A DNA stretch of 64,000 nt, taken from positions 1 through 64,000 of IMG/VR virus record IMGVR_UViG_3300035703_000020. One strand, given 5' to 3'. The position numbers and the translations under genes are program-made. Positions 9,464 through 20,700 of this stretch are shown piece after piece. The stretch's first letter is position 1; every line of letters starts with the position of its first letter. The notes under the pieces were generated by a model. The model was given only the letters and a program-made list of their open reading frames with translations. It made no database searches and was not told the DNA's origin. This DNA is from a virus.

Positions 9464-10744
9464 CTAGTCGACGACGACCGCCCAGCCGTCGCTGTCGCCG
9501 TACACCGTCCAGCGCGAGTCGAAGAGACCGTACGAGTAGTGCAAGCCCTTCCCGTTTGTGCTGATGTACTGGCCGGACGCGTGGTCGATCTCGCCCCACG
9601 GGTCGTGCACGAAGAAGCCCTTGTCGTCGTAGCCGATCACGATGATCCAGTGGCCGCCGCCGGTCGGCCCGCTGGCAGGCCCCTTGTGGAGGATCCCCAC
9701 CGGCACGGGCTTGTTGCGGTCGATCTGCTCGACCAGCTTCTTGTTGTTGAGGTTCTGCACGTAGCGCGCGTTGATCCCGAGGGACCGCAGGCACGCCACC
9801 TGGGCGTTGGGGTCGGTCGAGTCGCCGAACCGCTGGCGCCGCCTGATGTAGTCGTCGTCGCCCTTGATGCAGCCGGGCTTCACGTAGCTGGCGAGCATGG
9901 CGCAGCTCGAGCTGAAGCACGTGCGCGTCCAGTTGTCGCTGCCGGACGTCACGTTATCGCGCTGGGAGTAGTAGGGCACGTCGAGGACGCGCTTGCCGGG
10001 CTGCTGGGGGACCTGGTTGTGGGCGGGCTCGGACGCGCCGAGGCCGGACCAGTGCGGGGCGTAGATGAACCAGTTGCCCGCGCCGTACGCCAGCGAGACC
10101 TTCACGTGGCCGTCGGCCTCCTTGCCCTGCCACACGATGTCGTAGGCCTGGCCCACCGGCACCGCCACCTTCTCGTCCTTCGAGAGCTCGGCGGCGGCGA
10201 TGGGCTCCTTCTTGAGGTACGTGCCGACCCTGGCGATGATCCGGGTGCGCTCCGACTCGGGCATCGCGCCCGCCTTGCGCCCGTCCTTGAAGAAGAGGGC
10301 CATCTCCGCGTCGCGCCTGCGCACCAGCCCTGGAAGCACGCGGCCGCCGCCCTTGTTCCACACCAGCAGCTGCTGCCCGGCCGCCTCGTAGTTGCCGGCG
10401 TTCAGCATGCGCAGGAGCGTGGACTCCGAGAGCGCCCCGACCCCTACGTTGTAGGCGAACGAGATCAGCGCGTCGAACATCGACTGGGTCAGGGGCACCT
10501 TCACGAGCTTCTCGACGGCCGCCGCCTTGCCGGAGACCTCGTGCATCAGGTACTCCGTGCACTGGGCCTCGGTCCGCTCGTCGCCGAGGCGCACCGGCTT
10601 GCCGTCCGGGTAGCGGATCGTCCCCCACCCGATCGTTGGGATGTTGACCGGGTCGAGGTAGGCGGCCGCGCCGCCGTCTGGCAGGCGCTTGTGGTAGCCC
10701 TCGAAGCTCTTGATCAGGTCGAGGCAGGCTGCGCTCGGTTTCAT
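9464..10744 (-). CDS. Endolysin: GH24 lysozyme plus C39-like peptidase
   Basis: FEG...YLDPVNIPTIGWG...FAYNVG...GLVRRR; then VPYYSQRDN...CFSSSCAM...GHW...HDPWG. Confidence 0.9.
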   Translation of the reverse strand: MKPSAACLDLIKSFEGYHKRLPDGGAAAYLDPVNIPTIGWGTIRYPDGKPVRLGDERTEAQCTEYLMHEVSGKAAAVEKLVKVPLTQSMFDALISFAYNVGVGALSESTLLRMLNAGNYEAAGQQLLVWNKGGGRVLPGLVRRRDAEMALFFKDGRKAGAMPESERTRIIARVGTYLKKEPIAAAELSKDEKVAVPVGQAYDIVWQGKEADGHVKVSLAYGAGNWFIYAPHWSGLGASEPAHNQVPQQPGKRVLDVPYYSQRDNVTSGSDNWTRTCFSSSCAMLASYVKPGCIKGDDDYIRRRQRFGDSTDPNAQVACLRSLGINARYVQNLNNKKLVEQIDRNKPVPVGILHKGPASGPTGGGHWIIVIGYDDKGFFVHDPWGEIDHASGQYISTNGKGLHYSYGLFDSRWTVYGDSDGWAVVVD

Positions 10745-10823
10745 GTGGGTTGACGGTGCTCGTGGTCCGCTCTTACCCGGAAGAGGTATAATCTATGGCT
10801 GCCGTCCGTTTGGAACGCTTTCG

Positions 10824-11165
10824 TTGACCATCTCCCGCCACATCATCGCCGACATAACGTCGGAGGACCCGTTCCTCTTCGATGACGTGACGTTGATCCT
10901 CGAGACGCTGACGGTGGCAGCGAAGGAGGCCAACGCCACGATCATGAAGACGGCGTACCACCAGTTCGCGCCGCACGGCGTGACCGCCTTCCTGCTGCTC
11001 TCCGAGAGCCACATCAGCATCCACACGTGGCCGGAGCTCAACAAGGCCGCGCTCGACATCTACACCTGCGGGGACCACACCGACCCGGAGGCCGGGCTCG
11101 AGGCGATACTGCTGAGGCTCAAGGCCCGCTGCCTCTCCAGGCAGACGATCCAGCGGCAGGTGTGA
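10824..11165 (+). CDS. speD: S-adenosylmethionine decarboxylase-family proenzyme
   Basis: FAPHGVT...LSESHISIHTWPE...DIYTCG. TTG start is inferred. Confidence 0.85.
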   Translation: MTISRHIIADITSEDPFLFDDVTLILETLTVAAKEANATIMKTAYHQFAPHGVTAFLLLSESHISIHTWPELNKAALDIYTCGDHTDPEAGLEAILLRLKARCLSRQTIQRQV

Positions 11166-11751
11166 CAGTAGAGGAAGCATCACACAGGGGCGGTCTTCGG
11201 GCCGCCCCTTCCCGTATGATAGTCGCATGCAAACAACCGCCAGAACCAACCGGATCAAGACCTCGGAGCTGCTCCGCACCAAGGGCGCTCTGACGGGCAA
11301 CTTCGGCCGCGCCAAGGTGCGGGCCGGCAGCGCGCTCGCCGACCTCGGGGAATCCGACCGCGAGAGCGTGGGAAACCTCCCGACGCAAGATGAGTACCTA
11401 CGACGCCTACAGGCGGCGCTTGGAAAGACTGATGACCCTCGGCTCGCCGGCTTCATCCTCTCCGAGATCCGCAAGTTTCAATCCAGGAAGATCAAGCAGA
11501 ATGACCGCATCAGCAACCCAGCAGGCCCCTACTGCGACATCCGCAGCCGAGAGCGGTTTGCGTGCCGTTAGGCTGGCCGAGCACATCCGCTACCTGCACT
11601 GCGACGGCGACAACCAGGCCGGTGGCCACGGCGTGCTGATCTTCGACAATCCCAACGGCTCCAAGATCGTCACCGACGTCGAGACCCGCGACCAGATGCG
11701 CGCGGAGCTCTCGGCCTTCATGGCGCTCGAGGCGGCCTTCTACAACCGCGC

Positions 11752-12888
11752 ATGACAAAGCTCCTCCTCGTCGACTTCTACGCCCTCTTCCACCGCAGCC
11801 GCAACGCGCTGATGCGGGCGACGGGCGGGCTGTCGACGTCCTACGGCCGCCCGACGACGGGCACCTACGGCTTCACGAACAACCTGCTGTCGGTCATCGA
11901 CGCCGAGCGCCCGTCCCACGTGGCCGTGTGCTACGACGCCGGCGGCAACTGGCGCAAGGAGGCCGATGCCGAGTACAAGGCCAACCGGGCTAAGGACGAC
12001 GGCCCCGAGGCCGACTCGTTCAAGGCCGAGGCGCTCGCGCTGATGGACGAGGTGCTCCCGGCCCTCGGGCTGCCGCTCGTCGGCGTCCGGGGCTACGAGG
12101 CGGACGACTCAATCTACACGCTCGCCCGCAACGCGATCGAGTTCGACGAGGTCGTGATCCTCACCTGCGACCAGGACATCCTGCAGTGCGTCACGGACAA
12201 GGTGTCGGTCGTGCTGTTCAACTCCGCCAAGAAGATCGCCCGCATGGGCGTCGCCGAGGTGGTCGAGAAGTGGGGCGTCCAGCCGCAGCAGATCCCGCTG
12301 ATCAAGGCGCTCGCCGGCGACTCGTCGGACAACATCGCCGGCATCAAGGGCCTGGGCCCGAAGACCGCGCTGAGGATCGTCGAGGCCGCCGGCGGGTCGT
12401 TCGACCGCGTGCTCGAGGACAAGAAGGTGGCGCCCTTCGCCGACCTCGTGCGCGACAACATGATGCTCACGACCTCCACGTACGTGCCGGAGCTGCAGGA
12501 CCTCGACTACTCCGAGTTCCTCCTCGGCAGCGGCACGGTGCAGGAGGCGAAACGCACGTTCGAGGCCTACGAGTTCAGCGCACTCGGGAAGCGGCTGAAG
12601 AAGATAGGCGAGGCCCTCAAGCTCAAGATCCAACTGGCGCCGCCGGGCGAAGTGCCCTACGCCGCCGCGCTCAAGCAACTCGAAGAACAACAGCAATGTC
12701 AGAAACAGCCCAGCTCCAAATCAAGAGCCCGCAAGCGTACGCCCTCGACGTCGACACAATCAAAGACCTCGAAGACGTCAAAGCGATCTTCGACGGGCTC
12801 GGCCTCGTCTGCAGCGACACCGCGCCGAAGTTCGAGCAGCTCAAGAGGTACTTCACGCAGCCGGTCTTCCAAGACTGAGGAGTCATGA
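11752..12888 (+). CDS. 5'-3' exonuclease / flap endonuclease (Pol I N-terminal type)
   Basis: YKANR, GYEADD, DQD, GDSSDNIAGIKGLGPKTA. Confidence 0.9.
   Translation: MTKLLLVDFYALFHRSRNALMRATGGLSTSYGRPTTGTYGFTNNLLSVIDAERPSHVAVCYDAGGNWRKEADAEYKANRAKDDGPEADSFKAEALALMDEVLPALGLPLVGVRGYEADDSIYTLARNAIEFDEVVILTCDQDILQCVTDKVSVVLFNSAKKIARMGVAEVVEKWGVQPQQIPLIKALAGDSSDNIAGIKGLGPKTALRIVEAAGGSFDRVLEDKKVAPFADLVRDNMMLTTSTYVPELQDLDYSEFLLGSGTVQEAKRTFEAYEFSALGKRLKKIGEALKLKIQLAPPGEVPYAAALKQLEEQQQCQKQPSSKSRARKRTPSTSTQSKTSKTSKRSSTGSASSAATPRRSSSSSRGTSRSRSSKTEES
12696..12878 (+). CDS. Small hypothetical protein inside the exonuclease 3' end
   Basis: MSETAQLQIKSPQAYALDVDTIKDLEDVKAIF...; A-rich leader and normal codon bias in this frame. 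Confidence 0.55.
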   Translation: MSETAQLQIKSPQAYALDVDTIKDLEDVKAIFDGLGLVCSDTAPKFEQLKRYFTQPVFQD

Positions 12889-13088
12889 CCAAGGACCCGA
12901 TCACAGGCACCACGACCGTCGAGGAGGACCCCATCTCCGGCGAGCTCTACATCACCTTCCCCGACGACGTCGCGCAGGCCGTCGGCATGAACGACTGGGA
13001 GTACGTCCACTGGGAGGACAACGGGGACGGCACCGTGACGATCACGAAGGCCGACCCGGCCGGCGGGGACGAGGCGGACCACTTCTAG
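12885..13088 (+). CDS. AbrB/MazE-like small protein
   Basis: GELYITFPDDV...VHWEDNGDGTVTITK. Confidence 0.6.
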   Translation: MTKDPITGTTTVEEDPISGELYITFPDDVAQAVGMNDWEYVHWEDNGDGTVTITKADPAGGDEADHF

Positions 13089-13165
13089 GAGCGCACACCG
13101 ATCCAGCCGCGGGCCCCCGGTCCGCGGTACGATTGACTCATCAACCGAACGAACCAAGGAGTTCC

Positions 13166-13987
13166 ATGCAGATCGCAACCCAGGCCAGCCTCGACTGGAA
13201 CGTGCTCGCCTGCCCCGTGAGCGTCACGCTGCCCGACGGCACCAGCCGCCAGGTCCCCAACCGCAAGGTGCTCGTCCGCGACGACAACTTCGCCCAGGTC
13301 GGCGTAGTCGGCGGCCGCTACGAGATCGTGCAGAACAGCGTGATCACCAACCTCGTCAGCCCCCTCGTCTCCGAGGGCCTGCTCGAGGTGGTCAACCAGG
13401 GCTACATCGGCGCCGGCTCGAAGGTGTTCATCCAGGCGCAGATGACCGAGGCCTACGAGATCGCGGGCGAGGAGCACCACGCCATGCTCACGCTGCTCAA
13501 CAGCCACGACGGCACGTCGCCGCTGGCCGCCGGCGTCACCGACACCCGCGTCGTCTGCCAGAACACCTTCGCGATGGCGATGGAGGGCATGTCCACCCGC
13601 CTGCAGCACAAGCTCGGGGTGAACGAGCAGGCCCTGCGGATCACCGAGACGCTCGACTTCGTCAACGAGCGCATGCGCCGCTACTCCGAGGCCGCCCAGG
13701 TGCTCGCCTCGACCAAGGCCACCGTTGGCCAGGTCGACCGCATCATCCTGCAGGCCTACGGCAAGAAGGAGGGCGACACGGTGCGCAACCGCGACGAGAT
13801 CGTCAACCGCTTCTTCGCCGGCCGCGGCAACGAGGGCGCGACGCTCTGGGACGCCTTCAACGCCATCACCGAGTTCAACACTCACGCGTCCGGCAAGACG
13901 GCCGACGCCCGCTTCGGCTACGCCAACTTCGGCACCGGGGCCAGCGTCGCCCGCCGCGCCATCGACGCGGCACTCGCGCTCGCCTGA
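13166..13987 (+). CDS. DUF932-family protein
   Basis: VVGGRYEIVQN, LLNSHDG, RVVCQNT, TLWDAFNAITEF. Confidence 0.8.
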   Translation: MQIATQASLDWNVLACPVSVTLPDGTSRQVPNRKVLVRDDNFAQVGVVGGRYEIVQNSVITNLVSPLVSEGLLEVVNQGYIGAGSKVFIQAQMTEAYEIAGEEHHAMLTLLNSHDGTSPLAAGVTDTRVVCQNTFAMAMEGMSTRLQHKLGVNEQALRITETLDFVNERMRRYSEAAQVLASTKATVGQVDRIILQAYGKKEGDTVRNRDEIVNRFFAGRGNEGATLWDAFNAITEFNTHASGKTADARFGYANFGTGASVARRAIDAALALA

Positions 13988-14355
13988 GCCAGATGGGAGG
14001 ATACTTCGGCCCCGAGGCCATGTTCCTGCTCGCGCTGGAGCCTAACCAGCGCGACTACCTCACAGACGCCGTGGAGGAAGCCCTCAGGATGAGGGCCGAG
14101 GGGCTGACCGACGACGAGATCGCCGGCCGCCTCGCCCACGCAATCCTCGCGATAGAGGGCTGGACCAACACGCCGCGCATCGTGCGCCAAATCATCCTAG
14201 GGAAGATAGACGATGGGGAAGCACTTTCCTGACGGGCCCGTACTGTTCACCCTGATCGCGATTCTGACCGTCGCGGGCCTGGTGTCGCTCGCCTTCGACC
14301 GCGGCGGCGATAATCAGGAGCGAGAGCGACAAGGCCAAACCACGCAGATCGTAGT

Positions 14356-14883
14356 ATGATCGGAAACCTCTTCACAGTCAAGTACGTCTCCGTCCAGACC
14401 GAGGACTGGGACCGCAAGAAAGCCGAGCTGGGGACGCTGCTCCGCGATAGCGAGTTCGAGCGGCGGGACTTCGCCAGATTCCTCACGGACCGGCACCAGA
14501 ACTACAACAGGTACGCGCAGCAGTTCTGCAACATCTTCGACCAGGAGCTGAACCGCTTCGGCATCGACATTGGGGCGAGCACCCTGAAGATCTCAGCGAT
14601 CTGGGCCGTGCGCTACGAGCGCGGCGACTACCACACCGTGCACAACCACCGCTCGACCGGGTACAGCGGCATCCTGTACGTCGACTACGACGGGGACGTG
14701 CACACGCCCTCCGTCCACGTAGCTCCGTGGAACGACCCGCTGACCGACGCGACCGCCCTCGCCGCCCCGTCCGTGCGCGAGGGGACCATGATCTTCGTCC
14801 CGAGCAGCGTCCTGCACTACTGCCGCCCAAACGAGTCCGACAAGCTGCGGCAGATCGTGGCGTTCGACATGGAGGTGCGATGA
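14356..14883 (+). CDS. Putative 2OG-Fe(II) oxygenase
   Basis: HTVHNH..GYSGILY...FVPSSVLH...RQIVAFD. Confidence 0.75.
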   Translation: MIGNLFTVKYVSVQTEDWDRKKAELGTLLRDSEFERRDFARFLTDRHQNYNRYAQQFCNIFDQELNRFGIDIGASTLKISAIWAVRYERGDYHTVHNHRSTGYSGILYVDYDGDVHTPSVHVAPWNDPLTDATALAAPSVREGTMIFVPSSVLHYCRPNESDKLRQIVAFDMEVR

Positions 14884-15503
14884 AGGTAGAGCACACCATC
14901 CACAAGCTCTTCCCAGTCCCGGTCTTCCAGTTCCAGATCGGGGACGACGGGTTCAACGCCAGGCAGCTGGCCCTGCTCGAGGAGCAGGAGTTTACGGCGA
15001 AGGCGGAGGGCAAGGTGCTGACGACCTCGGGCGACCTGCACGCCAGGCCGCGCTTCTCGGAGCTCAACACGATGCTCCGGAGCTGCCTCGAGCACGTGCG
15101 GCAGGCCTATTCCTACCAGTGCAAGGAGTTCGAGGTCAACTGCATGTGGGGCAACAAGACGATGCCCGGCGACAATCACCACCACCACTACCACCCCAAC
15201 GCGTACTTCTCCGGCGTGTATTCGCCGGGCGACGTGAGCGAGAGCATTGTGTTCCGCGACCCGTCGATGCAGCTCAAGCAGAGCGCGCTCGGGATCCCCA
15301 ACGGCGAGTCGGAGCACCTCGACGCGTTCAGCTGCGCGCGGCAGGCCCAGCAGCAGGCCGGCTCCGTCTACATTTTCCCGTGGTACCTGCAGCACCAGGT
15401 GGCCGCCAACCCCGGCCCTGGGCCGCGGTACACGATCGCCTTCAACGCCGTGCCGCGCGGGCCGCTCGGCTCGCTCGAGAACCTTACCTTCCTCGCCCTG
15501 TGA
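14880..15503 (+). CDS. Putative 2OG-Fe(II) oxygenase
   Basis: LFPVPV...HYHPNAYFSGVY...IFPWYLQHQV...RYTIAFN. Confidence 0.8.
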   Translation: MKVEHTIHKLFPVPVFQFQIGDDGFNARQLALLEEQEFTAKAEGKVLTTSGDLHARPRFSELNTMLRSCLEHVRQAYSYQCKEFEVNCMWGNKTMPGDNHHHHYHPNAYFSGVYSPGDVSESIVFRDPSMQLKQSALGIPNGESEHLDAFSCARQAQQQAGSVYIFPWYLQHQVAANPGPGPRYTIAFNAVPRGPLGSLENLTFLAL

Positions 15504-15947
15504 CGAAGTTCCGGCGCAAGCGCGAGATCGACAGGACCATCGCGAAGTTCACCTGCCCCTACTGCGGCCAGCTGGTCGGCTGCGACGAGCTAGGCAGGCC
15601 GGGGATGTACTCACTCAAGATCCACAACCGCCATGTTCAACGCTGCCAAGAGGTCCTTGAAGCTGCTCGCTCGGGCGACGCGCCGGCGGCGGCGAGGGCC
15701 AAGGCCAGACTGCTCCGAATTCATGCAGGTGACCACGACGGAGGGCTGGGTCCCGAGGATGGTGGCGATGTGGGGCGAGGAGACGGACCTGGGGATGATG
15801 GAGTATATTGAGATCGTCCCAGTCCCGGGCTACAACTACTCGGTGATCTATAAGTTCGAGCGGTGCGTACGCACCGGCCAGTGAGGCCGGTCGGGAAAGC
15901 GCATACCATCCGCCCCGCGGGACCCCGTGGGGCGTTATAGTATCTGC

Positions 15948-17508
15948 ATGAACGAAACCAAGAACTTCCTGGCCGCCGAGCTGCTCCGCCAAGCGGAGGC
16001 CCTCGCGATCGAATCCTACGGCTGCGACCTCGACCGCCTCGACCCCTCCGAGGTCGAGTACTACACCGACCGCGTGACCGCCGGCAACTTCGACGACTAC
16101 GTCTCCGACCTCGCCCACTGCGCATGGATGGCAAACTGATGGAAGCGACCGCTACCAAGCCCGTGGACCAGGCCCGCCTCGCGCGCCTCACGGCCGCGAA
16201 GATCAACGACTGGCTCTACGAGGAGCAGCTCGACGCGCTCCACGACATCTGCTACGAGCTCGTGCAGGCCGAGCACCCGGAACTCCCCGAGGACGAGCTC
16301 TGGGAGCTCCTGCCCGACGTCTTCGAGCGCATCAACCCCTTCACCGCATCCTGACATGACCGACAGCACCGTGCCCACCGACGCACTCTTCGTCCAGTAC
16401 GACATCGACGGCTGCTCCATCTGGGAGGCCTTCGGCGAGATCTGCCTGCAGCTACCCGTCGACGACGACTCGATGATCGTGACAGCCGCCAACGGCGGCA
16501 CCGCGCCCAACGGCTGCGGGATCCTCGAGGTCCAGTTCGGCAACCTCGACATCGCGAAGGGCTTCACGGCCGTCTACCTCGGGGCCGCCGACGCGGACGA
16601 CGCTGAGGTCCTCGAGTACCTCGGGGTCGGCGACCTCGGGCAGGAGGCCGCGTGACGGTCGGGGCGCCGCACACCCTTTCGACCGCGGGGCCCCGATCTA
16701 CGGTACGATACTTGTATCGAAACGAATGAGTCACATGTCCGCTAAGCCCACCGTCTCCAGCATCAAGGCCGGCTTCAAGGTCCAGGCCGGCTACAAGCGC
16801 CGCGGCGCCGCCCTCCTCGACCCCCAGCAGTTCCTCGGCTTCAAGGTCGACGGCGCATGGTTCGCGAACCTCCAGCAGCTGAAGCAGTTCTTCGGCGTGC
16901 GGAACCTCCGCGAGGTCGAGTTCGAGGCCGAGCGCCTGAACCTCGGGTCGGTGACCGCCGAGTTCCGCGATGTCGACGGCGAGTTCCTGTGGGGCGCCTA
17001 CCTGTGGGAGGGCTCCTTCCGCGTGGGCACCTCCGCCGACCGCCTCGTGCTGGCCGCGTGACGGTCGCCCTAGCGCACGCTCTTTTGACCGTAACGCCCC
17101 AGAGGGCGCTATGATACTTGTATCGAAACGAAAGCAACCATGAACAAAGCGCAAGCCGCCGCCCTCAACGCCGACCTCAAGGCCGCCATCGACGCCGTCC
17201 TCGAGCAGCACGGGCTGCAGAAGAGCAAGCAGAACCTCAGCTTCACCGCCAGCGGCGAGATCACCCTCAACGTGAAGGCCGCGACGAAGGAGGCGAAGCA
17301 GTCCAACGTCAAGATGTTCGCGACCTTCGTCAACGTCAGGGAGGAGGACATCGAGCGCGTGTTCACCCTCGGCGGCAAGGAGCTGAAGCTCGCCGACTAC
17401 AACGCCCGCGCCCGCAAGATGCCCTGGGTGGCCGAGGAGCCCTCCACCGGCAAGCGCTACAAGCTGACCGACGAGCAGGTCCAGCGCGCCTTCGCCAAAT
17501 TAGCCTGA
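15948..17508 (+). CDS. Run of five small early hypothetical genes (15948, ~16139, 16356, 16726, 17140)
   Basis: Compact ORFs with strong codon bias, three of them behind the repeated promoter motif. Confidence 0.6.
16656..16726 (+). promoter_or_regulatory. Representative of the repeated early-promoter family
   Basis: CGGTC-N20-GACCG-N18-TACGAT-ACTTGT-ATCGAAACGAA; similar copies at 17062, 24461, 29133 and 33470, and a partial copy at 44895. Confidence 0.75.
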
Positions 17509-17707
17509 GGGACATGACAGAAAAGAACAACCTCGCGCGCAGCACGCAGATACCAATTAAGCTCGCGCTTATGGCAGTCTGGCCGCTGGTGATCGCGTTC
17601 CTGCTGGTCACGATCCTGCTCGTCATGATCCCGGCCTGGGCCCTGATCCCGTTCGGGCGGCTGAGGCGCAAGCACGACGGCGAGATCACGATGGACTTCC
17701 CCTGGAG

Positions 17708-20700
17708 ATGACTATGGCTGACTTCAAAGCAACAACTGAGCAGTGGGACGCGCTGGAGGCGTGCAGCCACGCATGGCCCGGCGCATGGGGCCCTTGCATC
17801 CTCGAACTCCGTGCCAGGATCGAGGCGCTGGAGGCTCGACCCGCACCGCGGGAAGTGTTTGTTCAGCGCCCACCGGATCCCGCGCTTCGTGACTTCGTTG
17901 CAAAGCTGAACGAACGAGTGGAGGCCTTGGAGTTGGAGACTGCGCAGCAGCCAACTACCGAGCGATCTTCGGCAGCGGCCCCCGCCGGCTCGCTGGTGGA
18001 GCGGGTGCGCGGCATCATCGGGCTCGACCCGGTAGGTGACGGCAAAGCCCGCGCCGCGATCCGCGAGGTGGCGGCTGCCGCTCTGGCCAAGGATCTCAAC
18101 GGTCAGGCGGTCTTCTGCCCGACGTGGAAGATGGTCGCTCAGTGGCTTGAGCAGGAGGCCGAGCGATGAGCAGCGCCACCGCCACCAACTCCAACGACCC
18201 CTACTCGCCCAACACGCGGCGCGTGGCCGACGCCTTCTGGCGCGCGTGCCTCGGCGAGCCGCAGACGTTCAGGAGCGACATGAAGGCGCTCGCGGCCGCC
18301 CTCAGGCAGGTCGTGCACACATACGGCACTAGCCGCGAGGACGAGTGGCTGGTCGACGCCAACGACCTACTCGATATCGCCGACGAACTGGAGGACAACG
18401 CCAACAAGGAGAATGACACCGATGACTAACCCTACCCCCACCGACTGGCGAGCGCTATGCGAAGAGATGCTTCTTTGCATGGATCAGGACGCTGCTCTTG
18501 TAGCGCTAAGGGGTGTTGCAGAGGGAGAACCAGCAGATGGGCCTTGGAGGCACACCGTCCGTGAGCGCGCCCGCGCCGCCCTGGCCCAACCCGAGCCGGA
18601 GGGGCTACCGCCGGGTTACATCGACGCTGAGCACACTGGCCACGATCGGGGACTGCTGGACACGTTTTACCAAGCGTGCCGATCAGAGGGTGGCACTGCT
18701 GACGAAATCAACCTGCGCGGGCTGAAGGCGGTACTGGCCCATGTCCACCAGGTCCAGCCCGAGCCGGAGGGGCCGACGGATGAGGAGCTGAATGAACTCA
18801 TGGACTCATTTGACTGGCAGGGTTATCCGAATCTTTGGGGGCGCAAGGTTGCCCGCGCCGTTCTCGCCCGCTGGGGTCGCCCTACGCCGCAGCCAGCCGA
18901 TGGCGAGGTAGCGGAGTTGGTGGACAAGTGCATAGCCACCTACGCAGAGGATCCAAGCATCATCACCTCGGGCTCATACATGCTGATCGACGACGGCAAG
19001 GTCAGGGCCGACCTCCTCTCAAGCCTGAGCCCGCCGCAGCCCATCCCGGTGATCGTGCGCCTGCCGGGGCCGGGGGATTGTGATGCGGAGGGGAGGTGTT
19101 GGTGGGGACGCGCCGAATCGGATGACTGGTCCGCTGACTGGACCCTGGCCACCCCTGAGTCCGTCGCTGAGTTCTGCGAGTTCTCTCCACAAGTTGTCTG
19201 GCTCCCCGCCCACGCCCTGCCGCTACCAAGCGCATCAATCTGAGCCCCACTACCCAAGAACGCTAATCACCATGAGAGATAGATTTAGCACCTTTCTTTT
19301 TGGTTTTTTTGTTGGCGGCACAACCGGCATCGTAATTCATGCCTATTTGACGAATACTCTTTTTTCCTCTTAGTTCCCCGCACTACTCACCATGACTGAA
19401 CAACACCCGATCACCCCACCGCCTGAGTTGGTGATGCAAATTGCGTGCGAGTGCCAGAGCGCTCAGCAAATGGTCACTGCCGCCTACCGCGCTGGCGCCG
19501 ACCAGGAGCTGGAGGCGTGCTGTGAGTGGCTGGAAGCATACGATTACGACGAAGTGGGACGGCAACTGGCTGAGCTACTCCGCGCCGCCCGCCGCCCCAA
19601 GCCGCCGACCTTGAAGGAGCAGGCGCTGGAAGCGTTGAACTCAGCCAGCTATCAACCGGGATCGGACTTCAAGCAGATCGACCCAGCTCGCTCAGCGGTC
19701 ATCCGCCGCGCACTGGAGCAGCTCGATGACTGACCGAAAATACCTCAAAGCCGGCGACGTTTGGCGGCATCCGAGCTTCGGGAATCTCTACGTTACTGAC
19801 GACATCTCCGAGAAAGAGGCCAAGAAGTGGCCTGGCATGTTCAAGTGCTACTGGAGCAGCGGCGGCAATCCCAACGCACCGTGGACCTTCCTGGCGCCTG
19901 ACAACTCCCTGGCCGAGCGGATGACTCTCGTCTCAGAGATCGCTCCCCGAAGACACTGCTGCCTAAAACCACAAGTCGCCATGACTGACATCTCCCCCGC
20001 CGCCAACGCCGTCTGGGAAGCCTTCAACCAAGACGAAGCTGGCGTGTTCGTGGACTACGGCGACAAGCTCGCCGCCGCCCTGCGAGCTGCTGTGGATCAG
20101 GTGGTGCCTGAACAGTTGCCGATGCTGGATCATGCCGGTTTGCGACAGAACCGCCTACGTCATGAATTGCTTGCCATCGCCGACGAGCTGGAGGCACTGC
20201 CTAATGACTAACCTTTCACCCGCCGCGGAGGCGGTGCTGAATGCCGCCAACGCTGCATACGACGATGCTGCAACTGTTGCACAGGGAACCGCCGCCGCCT
20301 TACGTGCTGCTGCGGATCAGGTGGTGCCTCAATGCAGTCAACCTAGCTACGCCGATGATTTTGCGCATGGAGCCTGGTTCACGCGTGACGACGTGCGTGA
20401 TGACCTGCTTCGCATCGCCGCCGAGCTGGAGAACTTCAATGACTGACCTTTCACCTATGGCGCAAGCGGTGCTGGACGCTTACTTTTCGTCATTGCATAA
20501 AACACCCCATCAAAGTGTCGCCGCCGCCCTGCGAGCTGCTGCAGTTCAACTGACCAGCGCAAAAGCCAGCGATCAACTTCGTGCCATCGCCGCCGAGCTG
20601 GAAACCTCTACCTCTGAAAACCGATGACTGACTTCCGAGCGCTGTGCGCTGAGCTGCTGGCCGCCTGGTTGAAGGGCGTTGACATTTCTGGGCCGATGCA

